A stretch of 64,000 nt of DNA, taken from NCBI GenBank assembly GCA_964276515.1, contig OZ193910.1, positions 8,804,001-8,868,000 on the forward strand, read 5' to 3'. The position numbers were made by a program, and so were the translations under genes. Shown piece after piece: positions 51,854 through 64,000 of the stretch. The notes under the pieces were generated by a model. That model was not told where the DNA came from. It did not search any database and saw only the letters and a program-made list of their open reading frames with translations. Source of the stretch: Gordius albopunctatus (taxonomy: Eukaryota). How positions within the stretch are numbered: the stretch's first letter is position 1; the number at the start of each line of letters is the position of its first letter.

Positions 51854-52798
51854 TATAATTATAAATCAATATAATCTAATAGAGCGAATATAAAGGTTAT
51901 TTATTTATAAAAAAATTTTCTTATTGATTTTTAATATTAATTGTTTTTCAAAATTGTCGTCTGATAAGCAGGAACGCTTGGCGGTTAATACAGCATAAGC
52001 TATACTAAAAACCCGCTCCACAGGGGCAGATGAGGGGATTGGAGTATTATACTTAATAAACAAAATTTTTAAGGCAGGAAATTTATTTAAAACATTTAAT
52101 ATTCTGTCCCTCGCTTAAAATTGCGATAAGATATCATCCTTCAATCCGCCCTCTACTTCCTCGTCCAAAAATGATATCTCGGAATTGACAGCTCTTTCAT
52201 TATCAAGTCTAGGGGTTCAATCCCTTTTTTCAATAACACTCAAAGTTTATTCTTTAAAGGTTCATTTTCTCGAAGTTTAATCCAAGGCCATTGAAGCTTG
52301 AAAATTGGATGTATAATGGCTGAAAGAGCTTGAGCTCCTTGCTATAGAGATAATACTTTCTGGACACGTTTTACATTTGGTAATTATTGAATTTGATCCT
52401 TTATATGAAACGAGTGAAAAATATTTTTCATATTCTGCTGATTTTGAATATTCAGAATCTGAAGATGGCGACGATATAATATTATGATTGTCTATATTAA
52501 CCTATAAATTAAACTATAATTAATAATATTAAATTAACTAACTTTAATCTTATCTTTTTTGCACGTTATGGTATGTTAAAAGTATTTCGGAATTGGTAAT
52601 AGGAAACAGGAAAAACAACTGATTAAAAAATATAAGACTTTTCTGTTAAAAATTCGGATTAACATTAATTTTCAAATAAATAAAAATCAAAAAGGGTTTT
52701 TAAAATTAAACGAACGTTAAATTCGAACGCGTTCACGTTCAAAGTTCGCAAAAAAACGCCGTAACATTACAAATTTATCATTGCAAATGATAATTTTC

Positions 52799-53610
52799 TC
52801 AACCGAGCCAGAAATTGTAGTGGTGGTTGAGCTTGTATACTCTCGTGATCCAAGAAGCTATACGTTTGGTAGCCAAACACAAATTTTGTGTTTGTTACTG
52901 GTGGGGTCACCCTATTGGCAAGGTTCGTGGTGAAGGGTCAGACTAAAATTTCTGGACTTTTTGAGGGAGTACTAGTGAAATGGAAGTGCTAGATTAAGCC
53001 TATCAATACGAGTGGTCTAAATAAAAGTTTAATTCACCAAAGAAACGAATAAAAATGGCGTGACAATCAAATTAGCTTTCCATCTGCAAGATAAAGTCAT
53101 TGAGGTACAAAGAAAAAGTGGGCGACTCATGATATTGAAACTATGCATAGAAGGTTAAATGATTAATGTAGTTTCCGGATATGCTCCACAAACAGGATGC
53201 ACAGATGAAGAAAAGGAGGACTTTCGGGAAGAATTAGACGAAACGCTGCGAATGATACCCAGATATGAGATAGTTATAATTGGAGCGGATATGAATGGTC
53301 ACTTAGGCAAAATAAGAGAAGGATTTGAACGGTACCATGGTGGAAATGGATACGAAGCGAGAAACGATGAAGGCGACGAAATATTGGAAAAACCCGTAGC
53401 ATTTGATTTGGCCATCACAAATACCTTCTTCAAAAAGAATGTAAATCACCTAATAACGTACAAAAGTGGAAATCGATCTTTGAAGATTGACTTCTTCCTA
53501 ATATCAAGAAAGGAATTAAAAAATTTACGAGATTGCAAGGTGATACCAGGTGAAGCTATTGCAGCCCAGCATAGACTTGTTGTGATGGACTATACCATCT
53601 ACAAGGCTAA
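52799..53610 (+). mobile_element. RTE fragment: structured leader plus partial APE
   Basis: About 240-bp leader repeated at 54891-55139; APE YAPQTGC..GADMNGH..DFFL..QHRLVV. Confidence 0.85.
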
Positions 53611-54890
53611 AACAATATTCCTCATGATTTAGTAAATTGATTTTTAAAGTTTACTTTTTAATGATCAGATATAGTTAAATTTACTAAAGTAAATAGAACT
53701 GACACCGCCAAAGCCAGGTATGGATGGGCTTTTGTTAAAAATTGTGGAACGGGCTTGGACGAGCGTTTTGGTAATAAGGGCCTGGGACGGGCTTAGCCAT
53801 AAGTAGGGGTAAAATCTTTTTATTTTTGTTTTTTTTTGATGTTTATTAAATTTTATTATCATTTAATATTAATTATTGTTATTTATTTGAACTTGTGATT
53901 TTTAAATTAATGGATTCCAAAAGTTTTTATTTTTTAATAAAGGGATGGTGCAAAATTAACAAATTAGGTAATTTTAGTTTAATAAAATTAATCTATAAAT
54001 GGTTTTATGCAGCTTCAAGTGCTACTACTGAAAATTTAACCGCGCGTTGCATGTTGGAGGAAACAAAAGCTTATTAATGTTAATTTCAACATATAAATAA
54101 ATTATTTTTTAGAAATTATAAAAGATGTTTACCGCAAAATATAAAAGAATTTTTTCGGAAAGGGTGTAGGCTGGGCCTGTGCTTTGCAAAAAAACAGCGG
54201 GGTGAACTCGGGCTTATAATTTATTTTTAACTGTCACGGGTCGGGACAATTTTTAGCAATGGTGAGCGAATAAACCCTCAAAGGCCTGTTGAGCCAGGAG
54301 AATATAGTGAATGTGCAACACTGTTTGTACCCGTTTTTCGTATTCCTAAGAGGATACGAATAAAAATAGTTTGAAGGATAAACAGGAATCTAATGGGAGA
54401 ATTGAGGAAAGGATAAGGGAATATATTGGGACGGGGGAAAACCTTTTCCCCGGTAAGGATAGTATTAATTTTACTAAACCTTACATGTCAGTTTCATTCA
54501 GTTTATTAATTATAAAACCAAGACGATAAAATTATAATAATGAATAGAAACGCGTTATCGAATTCAATGATGCGTATTGATAGAAATAACACACACGTAG
54601 AAGGGCGGGGGGGGGGAATAACATACGCGTACTGGAAATAAAATGTAAAAGAGTAGTGGTACTACGCTATGATGAGTGATATTAAAATCCGTACAGGAAA
54701 TACAGATGTTGTACAGCGGTGTAAGATCAAAAGAATCTCGCAATCAATCTGTGTTCGTAGGACACTGCAGAAAGCTTGCCATGACACCAAGACACGACGA
54801 GAAGGCGAGATGCCCGCCAACGAAACAAGTTTGGGAATTTTTTTTGATTTTGAAGGAAAATATATATTAGCCCCGTAGTTGCACACTCTC

Positions 54891-56507
54891 CCAATCGAGC
54901 CAGAAATACCTTGTAGTGGTGGTTGAGCTTGTGTACTCTCGTGATCCAAGAAGCTATATCTTTGGTAGCCAAACATAATTTTTATATTTGTTACTGGTGG
55001 GGTCACCCTATTGGCAAGGTTCTCGGTGAAGGGTCAGACTAAAATTTCTGGGCTTTTTGAGGGAGTACTTAGTGAAATGGAAGTGCTAAGTTAAGCCTAT
55101 CAATACGAGTGATCTAAATAAAAGTTTAATTCACCAAAATGACTGCATCATAAAGAATAGTAGGAAGTCAAGCACCAAAATCCAACATAGTTCCGTCAGG
55201 CCTGGAAGGCCGGGATATCAATACTCTCTCATTCCATATAAACCAAAATGTATACTACAACAAAGACGCAGAATGAAAACCATAGGGCATCCCCCTTAAG
55301 CGACGCGCGCGTTCTTCACCTGGAATGTGTGAGAAATAAACGAAGGCTACCGCTCTCTCAACAAACGGAAGCGGTTAAAGACATTAGTTTGCGTAGGATA
55401 AAGTTTGGGCCATGGAATATTGGTACAATGACTAGCAAGAGCAAAGAATTGGCAGACGTTCTAAGGAGGAGAAAAATCGATATCGCTTGTATTCAAGAGA
55501 CCAAATGGAAGGGCCAAAAAGCAAAATACATAGGTGAAGGATACAAATTATATTTTTACGGTACAAAAACTCACCGGAATGGCGTCGGTATAGTGCTATC
55601 GGAAGAATTTCAGCAAACTGTCGTCGACGTTAAAAGAATCAATGACAGAATTATGGCGATACAACTTTGTTATAAATCTACTACTATAAGCGTTATATCA
55701 GCATACGCCCCTCAAAGTGGATGCTCTGAGACGGAAAAAGAGTCTTTTTGGAAGGAGCTTGAAGATGTTCTATCCCAATTCGGTAAAGAAGGAATAATAA
55801 TATCGGAGCGGACCTCAATGGTCACGTGGGAAAATCAAGGGGATGATTTGAAAGAAATCACGGTGGTCGGGGTTATGGTCTAAGAAATAAAGGAGATACG
55901 AAAATTCTAGAAATTGCTCAAGCTTTTGACCTAGCCATAGGAAATACCTTCTTCAAAAAAAGACAAGAACATCTTATAACGTACTAAAGCGGCAGCCGTA
56001 CCACTCAGTTAGATTTCTTTCTAGTCAACAGAGCGCACTTAAAGTATGTTCAAAATGTTAAGGTAATACCGAGTGAAATATTGGCCTGCCAACACAAGCT
56101 GTTGGTGATGGACTTTATATTAAAAGGCAGAAGGTACAAAGAGTAGCCGCTACTATACAATGGAGGAAACTAAAGGATAATATTCAACATTTTCAGGAAC
56201 AAGTAATTAAACATGCTGAATTTAAGGGAAATACTTGATGTGAGAATCAATGGAATGGTATAGCTGCCACAATGCGAAAAGCGGGACGACAAATACTAGG
56301 TGAAAGCAAGACCACTAAATGAATTCTCAAGGAGACGTGGTGGTGGAATGAAGAAGTGCAAAAATGTATCAAGGAAAAGAAGAGATTGTACAAAGTTTGG
56401 TATGAAAGCAAGGATAGTAATTATAAGCAAGCTTACCAAGTAGCTAAAAGATCGGCTAAAAAATTCGTAGCGAAAGCTAAAAACAAGGTGTACGACGATA
56501 TAAATGT
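54891..56507 (+). mobile_element. RTE 5' portion: structured leader plus APE, 3'-truncated
   Basis: WNIGTM, IQETKWKG, NGVGIVL, YAPQ, ETWWWNEEV; frameshifts and stops after about 55800. Confidence 0.9.
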
Positions 56508-56984
56508 TAGGGACTAATTGAAATTCGAAATATTGGAAAAAGTAAAAACAATAGGGGAAAAAATCCCTTTTCAGTGTTTTACCCTAAGTTGTTTCTACCG
56601 CTTAGAGGTTAAAAAATTTTTTTAGCCATTCAATATCGCTCTATTGAGCATCGAAAAGGGTCAAAAACGGTCATTTTGGCAACTTTGAATCGAAATATCT
56701 AAAAAAAAAAAACCTGACGTATAGGGAAAAAAGGAAAAACATATTTGTGTTCACCACAAAAAACTCTATCGGAATATGTTGACCGTTTCTCGGTTATTTA
56801 AACAAGACCATTATTTGTTGACTACTGTAATTTTTCGGGTCGGGTTCAGGTAGAAAATTTAAAAATGATTTCTGGTCGGGTTGGGTAGAAAATTTGAAAA
56901 TGATTTCGGGTTGGGTACGGGTAAAAAATTTGAAAATGTTTTTGGGTCGGGTCGGGTTGAAAAAAGTGACTTTGCAGTTCCCTA
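56508..56984. mobile_element. Probable hAT-like MITE
   Basis: TAGGGA..TCCCTA termini and CGGGT subterminal repeats; truncates the RTE; no TSD seen. Confidence 0.45.
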
Positions 56985-57352
56985 CTTTAGGCCATATTTT
57001 AGGTGCTTTAAGCAAGCTAGTACATAGCCTTGATCATCATAAAGCATAGCGTGGCTAGCAAGCCATGCATATGTTTAGTTTTTATTCGGTAGATTTTTAA
57101 TTTGCAATTTTTTAATTAGGTATTTTTTTGTTCTTTGATATACTAAGTTTAATTCTTAGTATTAATTTATTTTGTTGCCAATTTTGACATTCTTCTGCTA
57201 AGCTTTAATTAGTTTGCTATTAAGTTGTTTAATAAATTGCTAAGTTTTTTTTTGGCTTTTTGATTTAAATCCTATTTTCATTTATTTAAATGCTAGTGAT
57301 GCGGAAAATACGAGAAAAATCTCGATCTCATCTCGAAAAACAGAGGCAAGAC

Positions 57353-58733
57353 TAGTGTTTCGATCTCATCTCGGTCTCGAAAACAAAATCCAGTCTCGTC
57401 TCGGCAGCGATTATGAAAATCTCGATCTTGTCTCGACGAGGATTCTCGTCTCGTCTCGACTTTTAAAAAAAAATATATACGGAATAAAAATTTCTCCTGT
57501 TTTATTAAAAATATTAAATAAGTTTTAAAAATTAAAATGGCAAATTTTTATATTTTTTGATAAACTTTAATACACAAACGTTTTAAAGATTTAGCGGGAC
57601 ACGACATCTCATTGTAAATATAAAGATATGAATTCATTCAAAAAAATAACATTTTCTATGGAAAGTGCAGACTAAAAAACTATAAATAAATTTGAAGTAT
57701 AGAAAATTAAATTTTATTGTTCTAGCAAATACGTTTGTATCAAATCACCGTATTTGTCAACTATATAGACTTAGAAAATAATAATTTCGGTTATAGTTGA
57801 CTTAGTTGCACAATTTAGCAAATTGAAACCCTTTATTAACCCTGGCTAAAGCTTCAAAGTAGACCTTAACATATTTAAGGCAAACATTTAAGTCCATTAA
57901 TACCATTATTAATTATAGCCCATAGTGTTTATTGCATGTTTACTATAGCGTTATAAATCACAATGTGCGAGTGACTGTTAATTGATAATATTATTATTTA
58001 CAGAATTGATAATTAAACTCTAAATTGCACGTATTTAAATTTATGACAAAAATCATTAAAATTAAATTTTTATTCCAGATAATTATCTTCCAATTCTAAC
58101 TAACTTTGACATTAAATAGTTAGTTATCGAATATAGTTGAAGCATTAAACTTCTAGAAAACTCATGCTTTAGATTTAATCTCTTGCGGTGTCATTAAATA
58201 ATCTATTGTACTTTTGAAATCGTTAAGTGGGTGCTAAAAAATCTCGAGCCACCTTAGCTTAACTAGTTTAATTATTCAAACTGATTGACCACCAATTTAT
58301 AATTACCGCATTATGCAGGATGAATAACTGCGAAATATAAATATGCTTTGTTTATATTTACTATTCAATCAGAACTCATTCTAAGTCTATAATTTTGTAA
58401 TATTTAATAATGCTATGGATTTAAATATGTGATAAAGATATTATAAAATTATTCACATACCGTAAGGGTCAACCATACTTAGGTAAATCCTGCAAAAAAT
58501 ATAATATTTACAGGAATTTTTTTAATGTTAAATATATTCCATACGTATTAATTTAAACTTAATACCTTAAATGTAAATCATGCAAATTAAAATACACAAT
58601 AATTTACTAAAATATAACGATAAAAAATGTCGAGATCTCGCCGATAAAATCTCGCCTCGTCTCGACATCAAAATTCTCGTCTCAATCTCGACTCTACGAG
58701 ACCGAGATTTTTCTCGGTTTTTCCGCATCACTA
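57353..58733. mobile_element. hAT-type non-autonomous element nested in a related element
   Basis: TAGTG..CACTA termini; TSD GGCAAGAC / GGCGAGAC; TCTCG subterminal motifs. The host element starts TAGTGATGCGG at 57294 and retains a decayed hAT dimerisation motif (LA..AKDF..PATS.P.DRL.S) near 59000-59080. Confidence 0.85.
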
Positions 58734-59680
58734 GGCGAGACTCTGGAAAATTGGGTAGAGATCGAGACGATAATTTCTACCTCGAGACGAGATTTTATCG
58801 ACGAAATCTTGGCTTTTAAATTTTTAATTGATTATCATAATCAAATAATTTTAATATATTTATTGCATATTTATAACCTTAGCATTAAGATATAATATAA
58901 ACACACAGACTTAAAATGAGTTTTGTTGAAGTAATAAATATTCATAAAGCATCTTTTTTGAATCGATGGCTATTTAATCAAAATATTTATATAAATTTGG
59001 CTACAACGGCTAAAGATTTTTAGAGCCCCCAGCGACTTCTTTGCCTGCCGATCGATTGCTTTCTAATGGATCATATTATTTCCTGAGATTACCAGGAGTT
59101 TGTTAAGTCTGAACTCTTGGTACACCTCTGAATTTCTCAAGTCATAAATCATATTATGCATTTTTTTGCCATTTGTATTACCTTTCACATTATTATGTTA
59201 GGGTTGGCAAGTGAACTCTAATTCAATGAATTTTCTTTGCGATTTTGCACTACACTCAAATATATGAGCAAAAGCTATATTAAAAATATAAATTGTGGCT
59301 CAATTTTTTAAAAAATGGGAGAAGTAAATATTTCGGGACATACTATAATTAAATGGTTTAATTATTGAATGTAAAAATACTTGCTATAAAATTATATATG
59401 TTCAATTTATTTAAAACCTAAAAACTCTTAAACTCATCATTTATATTGTTGTTTTTACAACGGTGTAATGTGCGCAGCTGATGACTTATGTTATGAAAAT
59501 GATAAAAGGTATCCACTCGTATCTTTTAGGTTTCTATAACATTGTAATAAACATGCAATAAATTATTAGGAACAAACTGATGAAGGTTATTTCAGAGGAC
59601 TACAACTATTTTTTAAAATTATTTATCTTAAAACCAATGCGTTATCAGCTAATTCAAATATGCAAATGACACATTTATAA

Positions 59681-60970
59681 TAGTGATGCGGAAAAACCAA
59701 GACAAATCTCGTCTCGACTTTTTTTCTCGTTAGACTTTAGTAAATTATTGTGTATTTTAATTTGCATGATTTACATTTAAGGTATTAAATGTAAATCAAG
59801 ATATATGGAATATATTTGACATTAAAAAAATTCCTGTAAATATTATATTTTTTGCAACATTTACCTAAGTATGGTTGACCCTTAGGGTATGTGAATAATT
59901 TTATAATATCTTTATTACATATTTAAATCCATAACATTATTAAATATTACAAAATTATAGGCTTAGAATGAGATCTGATTGAATAGTAAATATAAACAAA
60001 TCATATTTATATTTCGCAGTTATTCATCCTGCATAATGCGGTAATTATAAATTGGTGGTCAATCAGTTTGAATAATTAAACTAGTTAAGCTAAGGTGGCT
60101 CGAGATTTTCGTAATAGATTTAATTTAAAGCATGAGTTTTCTAGAAGTTTTTATGCTTCAACTATATTCGATAAATAACTATTTAATGTCAAAGTTAGTT
60201 AGAATTGGAAGATAATTATTTGGAATATAAATTTGATTTTAATTATTTTTGTCATAAATTTAAATACGTGCAATTTAAAGTTTAAAACCTCATATTCTCA
60301 TTCCCATAATAATGATGCTTTTATTGTTGTTTCTACCCGTTTTTATATGTAGATCTAGTTATCAATTCTGTAAATAATAATATTATCATTAAAAGTCACT
60401 TGCACTTTGTGGTTTATAGCGCTATAGTAAACATGCAATAAACACTATGGGCTATAATTGATGATGGTACTGATGGACTTAAATGTTTGCCTTAAATATT
60501 ATATGTTAAAGTCTACTTTGAAGATTTAGCCAAGGTTAATAAAGGGTCTCAATTTGCTAAATTGTGCCACTAAGTCAACTATAACCTATTTATTATTATC
60601 TAAGTCTATATAGTTGAGAAACACAGTGATTTGATACAAATGTTATAATTTGCTAGAACAATAAAATTGATTTTTATATACTTCAAATTTATTTATAGTT
60701 TTTTAGTCTGCACTTTCCATAGAAAATGTTGGTTTTTTGAATGAATTCATATATTTATATTGACAATGATATGCCGTGTCGCGCTAAATCTTTAAAAACT
60801 TTGTGTTTTAAAGTTTATAAAAAAATATAAATATTTGCCATTTTAATTTTTAACTCTTAATATTTTTAATAAAACAGGAGAAATTTTTATTCAGCATATA
60901 TTTTTTTTAAAAAGTGGAGACGAGATTTTCATAATCGCTCCCGAGACGAGATTTCGTTTTCGAGACACTA
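59681..60970. mobile_element. Second copy of the same hAT element, opposite orientation
   Basis: TAGTGATGCGG..GACACTA termini; perfect 8-bp TSD ATTTATAA (59673-59680, 60971-60978); reverse-complement similarity to 57353-58733. Confidence 0.9.
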
Positions 60971-62239
60971 ATTTATAATGTGTTTGAATAAAAATGATGC
61001 GCCATTTCTTTCAGTTATTTTTAATTTTTTTTGCCAATTTTTGGCAAGTTTGACATTCTTCTGCTAAGTTTTGATTCGTTTGCTATGCTTTTAATTAATA
61101 AGTTTTTTATTATTGACTTCTCATGGCTACAGATATACATATATAAGGTTCGATTGCTTTATCCCCATCTATTTTTAGTTCGAACTCACAATAATATGCT
61201 AAACACGATTATGGGGAGGGGACCAAAGTAGGAAAAACCCATTATTTTAATTGATATGCAATTTATTATTTACATGCGAGAAACTGCTAATGTTCGCTCG
61301 CTAGCACCATCACCACTAGCAAGCTTCATTTTACAAAGAAAGGAGGGAGGAGTCGGAATAAGCCTATTACAACACAATCGTTTACTTACAATCTTAACTC
61401 ATTTAATTAATTATTATATTAATTGTTTAACATAATATCAAAAATCGGCTGCCAGAAGCTTGGTGAATAAATTTGGTTCATCTCAAAAAAATTCTTGCAT
61501 ATTATTAAGCGGAAAGATGATAATTCATCTAAATTTAGTATAAATTTATTATTTTTCTATTGTTAAATAAAACTCATAATTAATGTAGATTTTTTTATAT
61601 TTTAAAATTGGAGATATGAAAAGAAAAACAATATTACCGTGAATGTAGAAGGATTTTAAAAAATCGCTATTATAGTTTGGGATAAATGCAGAGAGCTCAA
61701 ATGCATGTTTTAGCGGCCAGCCTGCAAGAGCTATGGGCCTGTCTCGGACAAAATTAAGAATCGAACTTCGGGCCTAACCCAAAGTAAACCCAAGTCCATC
61801 AACTATTTAATAAGCGTTTTAAATCAACGCGACTCTATATGAAATTAATATTGCGTACGGCATATATAATATATCTTTTTCACCTTTGACTCAAATTCTA
61901 AATTTATTTATAAATTATAAGAGATAGATTTTTACATCAAATATATAAAAAAGGATTTAGGGCTCGAACAAACTAAAACCATTGTTCTCGGACTGAAGAA
62001 ATTTAGGTTGCAGGGCTTTAATAATTTCGGATAATTTAAACCATTTTTCTAAACTTGCGAGATTATATTGTAAATAGCAACTTTAACTTTATTTACAATT
62101 TTTAAACATAGTTAGAGAACGTGTTATGTTAGAATTCATCAATTCAATCCAATTTATATCAAAACATTATTTGTGCTAATTATTTACTATAATATAATAT
62201 CGTACTGCATCTAAATAAATAAACAATTAACCATCATAT

Positions 62240-64000
62240 TCAATTTTTTGCCTTTCCTATACCCTGGATCTTTTTAGAGGCCGTTTTAGCTTTTTTCTAC
62301 AAAATAAATTTGCGTAAATATAAAGATCGACAATAAAAAATAAAACTTAATACCTTAATCATTTTATTGGCTTTAAAATCATAATCAGAATCGCTATTCT
62401 CTTCATCCTCATCCAAATTGTTTGCATCCGTGTTCTCGTTTTCTTCGGGGTATTCAGATGTGTAGTCAACGGAAGGCGCTTTTCGCATAGATTTTCTAAC
62501 TCCTTCATTATTGCCTAACACATAAGGCACCATTGGACACAATTTGTTGAATGATCGAGTTAAGTTTGATTTAACCTGTTGAATGTTATTTATCTTATCA
62601 TATTATAAGACGCTAAACCTTAGAATTCAACAAAGAAAATGGGTCTTTGGCATTTATTCCCCATTTCGACAACTCCATAATATTATCAATATCTTCTTTT
62701 TGTAAATAATAGTATGTCATGAACTTAATGACATCACTAATTCCATCAGTTTCATTTTGGAGGAGAGGCGTTAAAAGATTAGTTTTTAACAAGGGCATAT
62801 AATCTAAATTTAGGTCGAGCCAATTGCTATATGTTCTGAAATGATTAATATAAATCACATAATGGCGAGTTAATATTACCTTAACATTGTGTGCATCTTT
62901 AGTTCTTTAAACATACGCAAAAATTTATTTGTCTTTGAGTTTTTACCAAACCAAGAAGGAAAATTGATCATACTCCCAAAATAGCCTTTTAGTATTTCTC
63001 CTGGAGCAACAGTTGTTATTATAGCCTTAAAGAAAGAGTCATGTTTAGATTAAATTAAATATACAGATAATGGAAGAAGTGACCAATTGTTATTCTTTTG
63101 AATTGTACTAGAAATTAAATCTCCGTCTGATATGAAATCAGCAGCCTTAGATAACAGATTTAGTTGGGTTCCATTATCTTTACTAAAGATCATATATTAA
63201 TTATCGAGCCAACAATTATACTTGGCCTTAAATGACTGTACATTTATATAATTTTCTTGGATGAAAAGGGGAATTGCTGAATAATCCATAAAAAATAGAT
63301 CAGCTTTATCAATAAATGGATTTGATTTAGGGGAGGAACTGGCCGTAAACACATTTCGCGTAATTTCAAAATCATCCTAAACCCAGCATGCAAAATAAAA
63401 ATGTTATAGTATACCATTTTCATATCTTTTTTCATGCCTTTAATTTCTGGTGCCAAAGCATGGTATTTGAGGCATTTATTGTCCGAACTGAAAAAACTTA
63501 AGCTATGGATGACCTATGTAATAAGATAAATAATAGTGGGTCTAATAGATTTTCTAACTTGACGTATATCATTGTTGGAAGCTTGGATAATTTGTTGAAC
63601 TACTGCAGGTTCGATTTGAATTTTCTCTTTAAATAACATGCTCATCATGGCCTCTTTAATTTGCTCGGGTCTAGGTTTGGGGAACCTTAGGTCATAACAA
63701 TAATTGACAAGAGTTCTCATTTTAGGGTCGCTTCTTTGGTTACAAATGCCTATTAAAAACATTTTTTAATTAAGCAAAAGATTTATTTAGATAAAATGAA
63801 GTCTTCAAAGCCATTTAAGAGGTTTTGAAAATCTTAATTAAATAAAAGATAAAAACATAGGATTGTAAGGATATGTGCATTACATATAATTGGTAGCTTG
63901 CTGGTTTTAATTAAAGCTATAAGTTCCTGGACGCCACCCCTATCTTCATTACCTGCCATACCATCAACTTCATCCATTATAAGTACGTGACTTCGCAGAC
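62240..64000 (-). CDS. RFC1: Replication factor C subunit 1, 3' portion (5' end outside the window)
   Basis: [82 protein letters not shown]; acidic tail; TGA at 62240-62242. Confidence 0.95.

Noticed and set aside
54662..55006. Overlapping short ORFs on both strands
   Set aside because: No recognisable domain, and they overlap the non-coding RTE leader.
59475..59590. CTGATGA motifs as hammerhead ribozyme cores
   Set aside because: No stem II/GAAA arrangement or flanking helices could be built.

Overview
AT-rich invertebrate (eukaryotic) genomic DNA with very short GT-AG introns (31-39 nt). Most ORF-track entries are exon fragments, transposon remnants or shadow ORFs. Five spliced host genes can be rebuilt by hand: SSRP1 (-), mitochondrial ribosomal protein mL63/MRPL57 (+), selenoprotein T (-, in-frame UGA in a CxxU motif plus a canonical 3'-UTR SECIS), SDE2 (+) and the 3' part of RFC1 (-). 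The rest is a dense, nested transposon landscape: an apparently intact FLYWCH-MULE, a full-length RTE LINE and several RTE fragments, Ty3/Gypsy remnants, piggyBac and hAT elements, Helitrons, and DINE-1/HINE-like elements carrying hierarchical tandem repeats. The most striking signal is a complete, covarying twister ribozyme core whose scissile U-A bond falls at the 5' junction of the full-length RTE, with the U supplied by the target-site duplication. Also notable: a second, highly structured RTE leader; exon triplication inside the MULE transposase; a FABP exon inside a Helitron; and strong CpG depletion in 5' gene bodies. All calls were made by eye, without database searches or folding software.
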